Assembly (NCBI GenBank): GCA_036382775.1 | Contig: DASVHD010000036.1 | Location: 18,657 to 82,656, forward strand | DNA length: 64,000 bases | From: a bacterium | GTDB lineage: Bacteria > Hydrothermota > Tepidihabitantia > SM23-42 > JAOAFX01 | Direction of reading: 5' to 3' | Part shown: positions 19,347 through 29,002 of the stretch, in pieces | Layout of the letters: every line of letters starts with the position of its first letter | Position numbering within the stretch: position 1 is the first letter of the stretch | Translations under genes and position numbers: made by a program | The notes under the pieces: generated by a model | Told to the model about the DNA's origin: nothing | The model's input: only the letters and a program-made list of their open reading frames with translations | The model's database searches: none

Positions 19347-20903
19347 CTAGTCCCTCAGCCGCGTCGGCAGCCGGTATATGCCCAGGCTTGATACGGCCAG
19401 GATCTCGCTGTCGCAGATATAAACGGCCGTGAATGGGATGCGGGGTAGGTTATAGATCGTCTTGTACAGCTGGTCAGCGGGGTCATAATATGCGACCCCG
19501 GCATAGGAAGCGCAGTACAGCACCTCGCTGTCCGCGTCGATATCATACACGTTGAAATAAGGCAACAGGGTCCAGCTTGTATCACTATTGCCGCCGCCGG
19601 AAAGAGAATCCGGTCCCGGCTCGCGGTAGCGTATCAATTGGTTGTTAACGCTGAGCAAGTACAGTTCGTTCTTGACCGGCACGATGTCCTTGATCCCGTG
19701 GTTGATGATCTTGGACCACTTTTCAGCGCTGCGCTCATAACGGTACAGCGCCATTTCGCCGCCGGCGTATATATGATCCGCAGTCGCATAGACGGCGTAA
19801 ACAGGCAGCCGGTCCGGTCCGAATTCATAGGGTTCCCTGGTATTTAAGAGCAGGCCGAACATTCCGTCTGACGTGCCGATATACAGATGTGACTGGTCGG
19901 CCGTAAGCGACAGGATCTTTGACTGGAAATCAGCGATCGGGAAAACAAGCGTGCCGCTTAAATTGTCCAGCTCGCTGCCGGTGCTGATGACGAGCTGGTC
20001 ATTGATCCTTACCAGCGTGCTGATCTCATGCTGGGTCCGGAGATAACCCCAATGCCAGACGCCGGTCTCACCAACCCCGGTCATCGATATTATAGAGATG
20101 CCGCCCGGTGACAGCAGGTAAATATCGTTCCCGATCCTTACAGCCCGCTGCACCACGGGATCGACCGGGCCATAGATCACCCGCTGCTTTGCCCAGGTGA
20201 TAGTGCTGTACTTGAGTAAACCATAACCATCAGTCCCGACGTACAGTTCAGTGCCGTCATCATAGAGCGCGGTGATCGGAAAGCGCGTAAACGGCGCCTG
20301 CGACACGGCTATTTCGTCGGTATAATAAAACGGGTTTAACAACGGGTATTTCCTGACATCTTGCTCGCTCGACGGCCGGTACCAGCGCAGATCCGCGGGG
20401 AATGATCCGACCGACTGCAACGCGCCCGTGGTCCGGTCGAACCGGAACCTTAGTCCGTCATCGGTTTTGAGATACAGGTATTCGATCCCCACGCCCAGCG
20501 CGCTGGTGTGTTTTGAAATGTCATATTCGCGCGCCATACCGGATGTCAGGTTCAAGCGAAAAAGGCTGGTGGTGGAGGTGATCCAAAGGTCATCAAACCA
20601 TTGATCGTACGCGGCTAAGTCGATCTCTGCGTCGAACGCATAAGTCCGCTCCAGATCCATTGTGTTCTTGTCGAACACCAGCACGTAATCATCGCTTACG
20701 GCAAAAACGGCGACCGTTGACGTAGCTATGGATTTGACCGTTCCCAGCGGCGGTATTATCGTATAGCGGTCCAGCCATGGATTCTGCGGAAAGATCGATG
20801 TTCCGGACAACAAACCAGACCACGCTGCCGCGAGGCCCAATATCAGGGCGATCAATGACAGAATTTTTCTATTTCCAAGATCCTGTTTATTAGAAGTGAT
20901 CAC
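19347..20903 (-). CDS. exported hypothetical protein, probable beta-propeller
   Basis: N-terminal hydrophobic segment; repeated blades such as LYVGTDGYGL, LYIGTSDG, IYAGG. Confidence 0.6.
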   Translation of the reverse strand: MITSNKQDLGNRKILSLIALILGLAAAWSGLLSGTSIFPQNPWLDRYTIIPPLGTVKSIATSTVAVFAVSDDYVLVFDKNTMDLERTYAFDAEIDLAAYDQWFDDLWITSTTSLFRLNLTSGMAREYDISKHTSALGVGIEYLYLKTDDGLRFRFDRTTGALQSVGSFPADLRWYRPSSEQDVRKYPLLNPFYYTDEIAVSQAPFTRFPITALYDDGTELYVGTDGYGLLKYSTITWAKQRVIYGPVDPVVQRAVRIGNDIYLLSPGGISIISMTGVGETGVWHWGYLRTQHEISTLVRINDQLVISTGSELDNLSGTLVFPIADFQSKILSLTADQSHLYIGTSDGMFGLLLNTREPYEFGPDRLPVYAVYATADHIYAGGEMALYRYERSAEKWSKIINHGIKDIVPVKNELYLLSVNNQLIRYREPGPDSLSGGGNSDTSWTLLPYFNVYDIDADSEVLYCASYAGVAYYDPADQLYKTIYNLPRIPFTAVYICDSEILAVSSLGIYRLPTRLRD

Positions 20904-22462
20904 GCTTGTTTCTTTTCATATTCCCGGTTCACAATATACCTTATAGCTTTAGGCAGGTACCGTATCAGATCGCCGGCCATGATCGAATATTTACCCATCG
21001 TGTCGAGCAGAAGGTCCGCGCACAGACCATGCAGGAAAACACCCGCGACCGAAGCGTAGAACAGCGGGACTTTCTGGGCGCATAGGCCTGCGATCATGCC
21101 GACCAGAACATCGCCGGTACCGGCTTTTGCCAGCCCGGAATTACCCGTGGGATTGACATAAACCTCGCTTTGTGGGGAAGCGATCGCGGTTGGTACTCCT
21201 TTCAAGACCATGACCGCCCCGAATCTCCTGGCATATTTCGCGGCAACATCAATGCGATCATGGTTGATCAATCGGGTGTCCTGCTTGATCAAACGGGAAA
21301 GCTCGCCGGGATGAGGTGTCATGGTAAACGGCGTCCTGATGGTCTTCAAGACCGCTAATTTTTTAGCGATTATATTAATCGCGTCGGCATCGATGATTAA
21401 AGGGACCTTAACACGGGGTAGCAATTGGAACAAGAAATCTGCGGTCTCCGGGTGCGTCGTGATACCCGGGCCGACCACGACCACGTCGGTCTTGTCCAGG
21501 AGCGGCGCAAGCTTCGCGAATGCCCGGCTGCTGATCGTACCCTCCGCGGTCTGGGCAAGGGGAACCTTTACGACCTCGAGGAGCTTCGGATCCAGTTTAT
21601 CGATCACAACTTCCGGAGCGGCAAGGCGCACGTAACCGGCGCCGATCTTCAGCGCGGATAACGCTGACATCGCCGCCGCGCCCGAGAACCCGCGCGCACC
21701 GGCTATGACCAGCACGTTCCCGAAAGTCCCCTTATTACCGTCAGGGAGCCGGCTGGGCATGATCTTGAAAATATCTTCGTGCCCGGCGACCCGGGGATAG
21801 CCCGGGTCGATCATCGAGTATGGGATCCCAATGTCGACAACGTGGAGGTCGCCTGCGAAACCGCGGCCCGGGTACAGAAAGTTACCGCGCTTGGGCAGGC
21901 ACATCGTGGCGGTGGCGTCAGCGTGCACGCACGCCTTTTCACAGCCGCCCGTGTTGCCGTCGATGCCGGATGGGATATCAACGGAAAACACGAAACCGCC
22001 GCAGGTATTAATCAGTTCGATGACGTCGAGAAAAATCCCTTTGGGCGCGCCTCTGAACCCGGTGCCGAAGATCGCATCCACTATGCAATCGGGTTTGAAA
22101 TCGTTGCACAGCCTGCGCGCGACCCGAACCGATGATATCTCCCGGATGGAAATGGATGCGGCTTTCGCGGTCCGGTAATTGATCAGCGCTTCGCCCTTGA
22201 ATTCCCTTCCCTTGCCAAGCAGCAGCACTTCCACGCGGCTGCCTGCGTTCGTCAGATGCCGCGCCATAACCAGACCGTCTCCCCCGTTGTTGCCCTGACC
22301 GCACACGATCAGGACCTTCAAACCCCTCAATCTAAAATATTCCTTAAGCACCTCAGTGCATCCGCGGCCGGCGTTTTCCATTAGTACGGCGCCGGCAATG
22401 CCCAGGGCTTTCTTGGCCCAGCCGTCGATCTTCTGCATTTCTTTGGTTGTCAGCAATCTCAC
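20900..22462 (-). CDS. nnr: bifunctional NAD(P)HX epimerase/dehydratase
   Basis: LMENAG, GNNGGDG, VDAIFGTG, DIPSG, NKGTFG, IIDADA, TPHPGE, AGTGDVL. Confidence 0.95.
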   Translation of the reverse strand: MRLLTTKEMQKIDGWAKKALGIAGAVLMENAGRGCTEVLKEYFRLRGLKVLIVCGQGNNGGDGLVMARHLTNAGSRVEVLLLGKGREFKGEALINYRTAKAASISIREISSVRVARRLCNDFKPDCIVDAIFGTGFRGAPKGIFLDVIELINTCGGFVFSVDIPSGIDGNTGGCEKACVHADATATMCLPKRGNFLYPGRGFAGDLHVVDIGIPYSMIDPGYPRVAGHEDIFKIMPSRLPDGNKGTFGNVLVIAGARGFSGAAAMSALSALKIGAGYVRLAAPEVVIDKLDPKLLEVVKVPLAQTAEGTISSRAFAKLAPLLDKTDVVVVGPGITTHPETADFLFQLLPRVKVPLIIDADAINIIAKKLAVLKTIRTPFTMTPHPGELSRLIKQDTRLINHDRIDVAAKYARRFGAVMVLKGVPTAIASPQSEVYVNPTGNSGLAKAGTGDVLVGMIAGLCAQKVPLFYASVAGVFLHGLCADLLLDTMGKYSIMAGDLIRYLPKAIRYIVNREYEKKQA

Positions 22463-22481
22463 GATCTCATTCCTTCCGCTC

Positions 22482-22799
22482 CTACAATTTTATGTAAGGC
22501 AGCATCTTAGTCAGCAGTTTGTCACTGATGCCCTTGACGTTCTTCAGGTCCGTGATCTTGCCAAAGCCGCCGTGTTTTTGCCGGTACGTAATAATGCGCT
22601 GCGCCATTACCGGTCCGATGCCGGGCAACTCCTCGAGTTCGGAAGAATCCGCGCGGTTCACCGAGATCTGCACATCGACTTTCTCGACGACGAGCGCCAT
22701 GTTCCTTTTCAGGTTCTCGCGGCGCAGGTAATTGACCAGATTGAGTGCGACCAGGACAAGAATGAGCGTCCCGATGATGACCGTATCCCGTTTTTTCAT
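22482..22799 (-). CDS. comEA: ComEA-family helix-hairpin-helix protein
   Basis: N-terminal TM; VNRA...LEELPGIGP..AQRII.YR...G.F....DL.NVKGI. Confidence 0.85.
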   Translation of the reverse strand: MKKRDTVIIGTLILVLVALNLVNYLRRENLKRNMALVVEKVDVQISVNRADSSELEELPGIGPVMAQRIITYRQKHGGFGKITDLKNVKGISDKLLTKMLPYIKL

Positions 22800-22807
22800 G
22801 ATCCCCT

Positions 22808-23593
22808 TTAGTACAGCGGATAAACGATCTTAAGAAGAAATTTATACATGGTATCAAGACTCTGGGCGCTGCATTTATCGATGGTATCGTCATCGGTATG
22901 CCAGTAGGAGTAGTCAAAGTCGATGACATCGACCGCGCGAATGCCGTACCTGATGAGCGCCATGTGATCATCCTTTATATAATACCGGACTTCATTCGAA
23001 AAAATGTTGGGCGCGGTCTCGGCGCCGATCTCCCATAACGAATCAACAAGCTCGGGGAAAAATTTATAGGAATTGCCTTCCTTGTAGAGCTTCAGGTCCT
23101 TGTCGCCGACCATGTCGACGACAAGGAAAAACGAGAAAGCCTCAATGCACTGGGCGGCGTAATGGAGTGACCCCACGAGCTCGGCCTCATCGATATCCTC
23201 GCCGTCAAAAAAGACAAGTTCCACGCCGATGTCCGGTGCGTATTTTTCCAGGGTATCAGCAAGGGATAAAAGCAAGGCTACGCCTGAACCGCCGTCGTTG
23301 GCGCCCGGGCTCCCTTTTTCTGAATCCCAGTGGGCGCCGATCCCGATGATCCGCCCCTTGCCGCCGAACGATTTGCTTACGTTATAGAACCAGGCACCGC
23401 GCTCGAAAAAAGAATCGATCGCCGGGTTGTTCAAATTTTTAACGATATAATCTTTAGCCGCGCGGTGACCCGCGGTGCCGGGAACCCGTTCGCCGGCAGC
23501 GCAAAATCCTTTCAGGTATTCAATCGGCGTCTCTGCATGGGCCAAGCCCGCGATCATCAACAAAGCTAAACCCGCCGCACCCGGCCGTGCCAT
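22808..23593 (-). CDS. M28-family Zn enzyme, glutaminyl-cyclase-like, with signal peptide
   Basis: GAHWDS, GANDGGSG, FFDGED, DMVG, DDH, DVIDFDY.YWHT..DT. ATG 23593 lies just after the sprA stop; the ORF track starts at 23617. Confidence 0.8.
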   Translation of the reverse strand: MARPGAAGLALLMIAGLAHAETPIEYLKGFCAAGERVPGTAGHRAAKDYIVKNLNNPAIDSFFERGAWFYNVSKSFGGKGRIIGIGAHWDSEKGSPGANDGGSGVALLLSLADTLEKYAPDIGVELVFFDGEDIDEAELVGSLHYAAQCIEAFSFFLVVDMVGDKDLKLYKEGNSYKFFPELVDSLWEIGAETAPNIFSNEVRYYIKDDHMALIRYGIRAVDVIDFDYSYWHTDDDTIDKCSAQSLDTMYKFLLKIVYPLY

Positions 23594-23595
23594 TC

Positions 23596-26500
23596 TTAGA
23601 AGCTGATATTCGCCCATACGCTCACGCCCACGCGTTTGGAATCCTGGTTTGAGACCGTTTCCCTGTTCTGCGAATAGTCAAAGTTCGCGCCCCCGTTGAC
23701 GCTCGAGGAAAAATTGTAAGTAAGCGCGATCAGGGTCGTCAGCGTGGTGGTATTATTGACCGGGGTTTCCATGTCGATCGCATACGAGGTTGTCCGGTTG
23801 TACCCGACGCTGAGGTTGGTGGTCAGGTTGGAATTGAACTTCAATCCCTTTAAGAACGGCAGGTTTACCCCCCGCGGTGCGCTGAACGTGTAGCCCATGG
23901 AAACAGTGCCGCCGCGGCTTAGTGTCCTCGATTCATTGACATTGCCGGCATCGTACTGGCGTCCCCGGGTTTCAGAGTACGTCACTTCCGTGGATGATGT
24001 TATCCCCCTAAGCCAGTTCGTCTGCCAGTTCACTAGCGGCGTGAAGCTCAGCATCCGCGAATCCGAATCAAGGGTCGTGCTGTCATCGATCGTGTAGCGG
24101 TATTCGTTCGTCTGGTTGTAACCCGAACTTACCGACGACGACTGCGTGTATTTTTTCAGCACCGGCAACGCTCCGATCCCTGACACGCGTACCATGGCGT
24201 TGGGGTAGGAATTCGACGTGGTCCGGTTCTCGCCGCCGGAAGGCAGGTATATCCGCTGGACCTGCCCGTTGTAACCTCCGGACAGGCTCAGGATCCGGTA
24301 ATTCATACCGGAATTGACGCCGTAATTGTCAGCCATGCCGCGGCCCGGGTAACTATTCGGCGAATAACCGCTCCTCGGGATGGAATCCTGCAACCCCCAC
24401 TGGTATTGAAGCGAGGGCCGGTCATAGGCCTGGAGATAGCTCGAGGTTTTCTGCCGCGTAAAGGAAAGCGAAGGGTTTTGCAGGTAATCGACGAACTGTT
24501 CGACCTGCTTCAGTACCCACGACGGCGAACCCGCGATCTGCAGGGAATCCTTTGATTCGTCCCGCAACCGCGTGATCATCTTCAGGACGCGCTTGACATC
24601 AACAGTGCCCGTGGCTCCGTACCGCACGGTATTGGAAATGTTGCGGTAATTGAAAGTATCACGGATCTCGAACCGGTAGTCCTCGTTGTACGTATTGCCG
24701 AAAGTGAGCGACGGCGTTACCAGCACCAGACTTTTCGTAATACTGCCGTTGAACGCCTGGTTGCGCGATACTTCCTGACCGATCCGCTCGCGGCCCATGA
24801 CCGAGTCGCGGTTCTGCGAAAAATTGAAGGTCGTGCTGACAATGGAGTGGGGCGAGTAGTTGGTCGAGAAGGAAGAGTTCAGGGTCCGGCGGCGCGGGAT
24901 ATCCTGCAGATGCCGCCACGACGAATCAATGTTCGAACGGTAATAAGATTTGGGATAATTATCGGAATACATGGTGGAGAACGACAGGTTCTGCGGCATG
25001 ACCGAGAATACCTGGCCCACCACCTTGAAAGATACTTTTGGATCAAGCGTGTAACTCGCGCGGTGATTGATGTTCTCGGAAGTATCGACGTACTGCGGCG
25101 AATGCGAGAAGGTCTGCGTCCGGTCGTGGCCATAGCTCAGCCGGTCGAGCGTGTTCTTCATCAGCCAGTTCTTGGAATTTGATTTGGATACGCTGAGCGT
25201 GTAAGACCGCGAAACGTTCGTCGAGATCTCGCGCTCCTGGTCTAAGGGATTGAGTTCAATGTCATCGGCCTGGGTGCCGTACCGGGGCAGCTGTTTTGAT
25301 TTGCGGTAACTCAGCCCCAGTGGAAGGACGAAACCCCAGGACTCGGGCAGGAGCTTGTTCAGGCTGATATCTTCGCCGAATGCGTAGTTCTCGCCCTGCC
25401 CCTGGGTCGACATGTCCTTGGTATCGGACAGGCGCTTGAACCGGCCGTTGGAACGGTCATAGGCAAAGGTGAAATTGGAAAAATCCGCCAGGTTGAAAGA
25501 CCCGTTGGACCGCATGGTCTGTCCGACCTCGTTGCGGGGCGAGATCAGGCGGATGTCATTGAACCACATCGTGTCCGAGAGCGGCGTGATATCGGCGTTG
25601 GTCAGGCTGACCTCGAAGAAACGGTTCTGCGCCAGGGACGGCTTGCCGCGGACCGAGTATGTGCCGTCGCTTACCAGGCTCGAATCATCGGCGCGTCCCT
25701 TTTTAAGCTCGGCAAAACGGGCCATGTCGATCTGGAATGTCCGGTAACCATTGATGGCAAGACCCACGGTCCCATTGGTGTAACTGGTGCTGTATTCGTA
25801 GTAGTTGCTGGAATCGGTGCCGATCCGCATGGTGATCCTGGGATCGCGCCGGAACGATTTAAGAAAAAACGTCAGCGTGTCGTACGCCCGGTAATCCTCG
25901 TATTCCTCGGTCCGGCGGTAGACCGTGCAGGTGTGATTATTTTTGATGGCTTTCAGCACAAATTCAAGACCGCCCTCGGGCTTGGGCTGGTTCGTGGTAG
26001 GATCGTATTGGATCGGTGTCGGAGACCGGTATGACGGGTGGGTTTTCGTGTTCACCGGAGTTATCTGAAAAACCTCGGACGTATCCACGCCGAACGCGCC
26101 GGTCACGCCCCGGTTCTTCCACCGGCTTCCGGTCAGGCTCAGCTTGTAGACCAGCATTGTTTCCGGTTCCGCCGCGCTGTCGAACCACACGCGGATATAC
26201 CTGATGTTGTGCCAGTCCGGCTGGCCGACCATGGAATCCCACTTCAGCGAATCCTTGATCGGCACGCGGTACATCTTCCACCCCGGCTGCAGGCCGGCGT
26301 TTTCCTCGTCCACCTGGAACAAGGTGTCGCCAAGGTTCAACGAATAACTGTAATACTCGTTCTTGGCATTGAGCGAACCGTTGTTGTCGAGATCCTCGGA
26401 ATCCCAGATCTCGTTCCTCTCGGTACCGTTTATCCCGCCGGAATAATCCTGGGTATAGTAATCGTCGTCGCCGTCGTCCCCCGCGATATTATCGTCGTCA

Positions 26501-28992
26501 TCGCCGAACACACCGTCCAGCCCGGTATCCTCGGTCTGCTGGGTCCACGAGTTGGGCGGCGACAGTCTATCCTCGTCCTGCATTTGCCCGATGCCCTGGA
26601 GCGCGCCCGCCGCGTTCCTCCTCAGCTGGTCCTCGTTGATCCACGTACCCAGGTCAACATGGATCCGACCGCTATTCCCTTTAATGACGAGCTCCAGGTT
26701 CTCGGTTTCCTCGAGGTTCTTGCCAAAGACGTACTGCGTGAGCCCGGCAAACGTTGCCAGGCTGTCGGGCCGGTAGATTATTTTCAAGACCTCGGCGATC
26801 TCGGCCGGGTCCAGGGGATCTTGATAAATATCATTGGCCTGGAGCCGGTCATTGCCCTGCGGGTTATACCAGATCAACCGCTGCCGGACAAAGTTGCTGT
26901 CATTAAGACCGGCCGGTTTGGAACTGGGAACCCACAAGATCCTGGTCACCGTGGCGTCATCGCTGATCGTTGACGATTCAAGGTCATCCAGGTAAACCTT
27001 GCCTTGGGAATTAAGGTCGGAGAATGAATAGGCGTTCTCAAAATTGATATTGAACTTTGATTCGGTTTCGGTCTGGATCAAGGGCAGCCAGTCGACCGCC
27101 TGGGTCACGGCGGGAAGGTTCACCGGCAGGGCGAAATCGGTCTCAAAGACCATCCGGTTGAACGGTTCTTCCCTGAGCCCGACATGGTCCACGCCCGGAT
27201 ACCCCTCGGTCCGGTAAAAGAACGACGAACCCAGGGTTCCCTGGCCCAGCGCCTGCATGCTGCCCCGCACGCCGACCAGCGATTTCTGCGACAGCGAAAA
27301 GAACGGCGCGTACTCGGCGACGATGCGTACCTGAGCCGTGGGTGGTATCGGTTTCCTGAACTCCAGTTTTCCTTCGATGTAATCGACGTGATAATCCTTG
27401 ATCGAATCTTGTTCCTGACCATTAAGGTACACCTTCACGCCGATCACGTTCTCGGGCAGGTCATAAATCGCTTTGGCTTCGATGGTCTTTTTATAGAGGA
27501 AATATTTGCCCGTCCCCACCATGTAGTAGGGATTCGAATATATCTCGGAATCAGGCTCGGGCAGGACGCTCGATACGAACGGCAGGGCTTGAGGGAACCT
27601 TAGGAGCCCGCGGTCCCTGAGCCAGACCCCCGTGTTCTCATCCGGCAGCTCGTCGTTGTTTTCGTCAATGCCGAGCAGCTTGTTGTAAGTCGTGCCTTCG
27701 GCGTTGCGGTCCTGCGGCTGCTGGTCCGAAGGATCGTAGTAGACCCTCAGCGAATCAAGCTTGGAACCGGCCGATACAACCTGGTAATAGTTTTTCTGTT
27801 CATAGTATTTCCAGGTCACGGACGACGTATCCATGCTGCGCGGGCAGATCAGCTTCAACTGGATCGTATCCCCGGTGGTCACGGGTTGGATCCCGACCTC
27901 GACCGTATCGCCATTACTCAGCTTTCTATACCAGACACCCAGGGCATACTGGTCCGTGCTCAATCCGGAGTTAAGTTCAAGGACCAGCCCGTATAACGTG
28001 TAATTGTCCGGCTCGCGCTGCAGGGTGAAATAGCCTTCTTCGTACTCCATCGTATCATCCGGTACATTATCGTCATTGGCGTCCAGGATCGCCCTCGCGT
28101 AATAGGTGATGCCGTCATTGTTGTTAAGACTGTTATTGTCGTCAATATAGACTTTAAGGTCAAGCAGGGTTTCACCGGGACCAAGTCCGAGCCAGAAGAA
28201 TTGCCGCTTGGCGTATTCATTATCCCACATGATGCTGGTATCCGATTTAATGCCGCCCTCAATGACCATTTCCTGGGACGAGGTCTGCTCGTTGGAAGCG
28301 ATCGCGACGATATCAACGGGGCCGACCTTGGCCATCGATTTTATGCCGAACAATCCGCTGTGCGACGGGATGTCACCGGTATAAGCCGTGCCCGGGATCG
28401 ACAGCTGGGTGTCACCGCCCTCGATCTCCCGGATGATCTCGTCTTCCTTGCCCTTGTACGTAACCGTGATCTTGTTTTGAGTATCGTCTATCCTTTCCGA
28501 GTTATGGTCGATATAGACCTTCATGCGGTCGCCGACCTCGCCGTCCAGGTTGATCGCCATCTCCTGCTTCATCTCCAGCTCCGGGAAGAACGACGGCTGT
28601 TGTGAACCGGCTATGCTGGACACGAAAGTCTGGCTGCCGCCCATCGTGATCTTCACGTAACCGCCGACATCGAGCTTTCCGGTCTCGCCCATGAATTCGC
28701 TGAATCCGCCCTTGGGCAGCGGTATCTCGAAAGTTCCGATTAATCCCTTGCTCGCGTACCCGCCCTGCTTGACCATGTCCTTTTTCAACTCTTCCAGGAG
28801 CGATTTTTGGTTGTTGTACAACAGGTTCGCCGCAAAATAATCATCCAGCGACTTGATACTGTCAATGGCGAAAACCTGACCCTGGATCGTACGCGCGAAA
28901 ACGACAAAATTGTCTTCCAGGTTGATGAACACCTTGGTCTCGTAAGGGGACGCCAATTGCGCGAAAAATACCAGCGCGAACACGGTTGTCAT
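23596..28992 (-). CDS. sprA: SprA/Sov-like outer-membrane translocon of the type IX secretion system
   Basis: ~1800 aa. INLDGEVGD...Y.G.EDEII..IE.G, GLFGIK, DYHVDY..G, YLDDLE, EDLDNNGSLN, W..YR.P motifs; long beta-strand-rich C-terminal half ending in F. Likely start ATG 28992. Confidence 0.85.
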   Translation of the reverse strand: MTTVFALVFFAQLASPYETKVFINLEDNFVVFARTIQGQVFAIDSIKSLDDYFAANLLYNNQKSLLEELKKDMVKQGGYASKGLIGTFEIPLPKGGFSEFMGETGKLDVGGYVKITMGGSQTFVSSIAGSQQPSFFPELEMKQEMAINLDGEVGDRMKVYIDHNSERIDDTQNKITVTYKGKEDEIIREIEGGDTQLSIPGTAYTGDIPSHSGLFGIKSMAKVGPVDIVAIASNEQTSSQEMVIEGGIKSDTSIMWDNEYAKRQFFWLGLGPGETLLDLKVYIDDNNSLNNNDGITYYARAILDANDDNVPDDTMEYEEGYFTLQREPDNYTLYGLVLELNSGLSTDQYALGVWYRKLSNGDTVEVGIQPVTTGDTIQLKLICPRSMDTSSVTWKYYEQKNYYQVVSAGSKLDSLRVYYDPSDQQPQDRNAEGTTYNKLLGIDENNDELPDENTGVWLRDRGLLRFPQALPFVSSVLPEPDSEIYSNPYYMVGTGKYFLYKKTIEAKAIYDLPENVIGVKVYLNGQEQDSIKDYHVDYIEGKLEFRKPIPPTAQVRIVAEYAPFFSLSQKSLVGVRGSMQALGQGTLGSSFFYRTEGYPGVDHVGLREEPFNRMVFETDFALPVNLPAVTQAVDWLPLIQTETESKFNINFENAYSFSDLNSQGKVYLDDLESSTISDDATVTRILWVPSSKPAGLNDSNFVRQRLIWYNPQGNDRLQANDIYQDPLDPAEIAEVLKIIYRPDSLATFAGLTQYVFGKNLEETENLELVIKGNSGRIHVDLGTWINEDQLRRNAAGALQGIGQMQDEDRLSPPNSWTQQTEDTGLDGVFGDDDDNIAGDDGDDDYYTQDYSGGINGTERNEIWDSEDLDNNGSLNAKNEYYSYSLNLGDTLFQVDEENAGLQPGWKMYRVPIKDSLKWDSMVGQPDWHNIRYIRVWFDSAAEPETMLVYKLSLTGSRWKNRGVTGAFGVDTSEVFQITPVNTKTHPSYRSPTPIQYDPTTNQPKPEGGLEFVLKAIKNNHTCTVYRRTEEYEDYRAYDTLTFFLKSFRRDPRITMRIGTDSSNYYEYSTSYTNGTVGLAINGYRTFQIDMARFAELKKGRADDSSLVSDGTYSVRGKPSLAQNRFFEVSLTNADITPLSDTMWFNDIRLISPRNEVGQTMRSNGSFNLADFSNFTFAYDRSNGRFKRLSDTKDMSTQGQGENYAFGEDISLNKLLPESWGFVLPLGLSYRKSKQLPRYGTQADDIELNPLDQEREISTNVSRSYTLSVSKSNSKNWLMKNTLDRLSYGHDRTQTFSHSPQYVDTSENINHRASYTLDPKVSFKVVGQVFSVMPQNLSFSTMYSDNYPKSYYRSNIDSSWRHLQDIPRRRTLNSSFSTNYSPHSIVSTTFNFSQNRDSVMGRERIGQEVSRNQAFNGSITKSLVLVTPSLTFGNTYNEDYRFEIRDTFNYRNISNTVRYGATGTVDVKRVLKMITRLRDESKDSLQIAGSPSWVLKQVEQFVDYLQNPSLSFTRQKTSSYLQAYDRPSLQYQWGLQDSIPRSGYSPNSYPGRGMADNYGVNSGMNYRILSLSGGYNGQVQRIYLPSGGENRTTSNSYPNAMVRVSGIGALPVLKKYTQSSSVSSGYNQTNEYRYTIDDSTTLDSDSRMLSFTPLVNWQTNWLRGITSSTEVTYSETRGRQYDAGNVNESRTLSRGGTVSMGYTFSAPRGVNLPFLKGLKFNSNLTTNLSVGYNRTTSYAIDMETPVNNTTTLTTLIALTYNFSSSVNGGANFDYSQNRETVSNQDSKRVGVSVWANISF

Positions 28993-29002
28993 GAAGAGCT
29001 CG

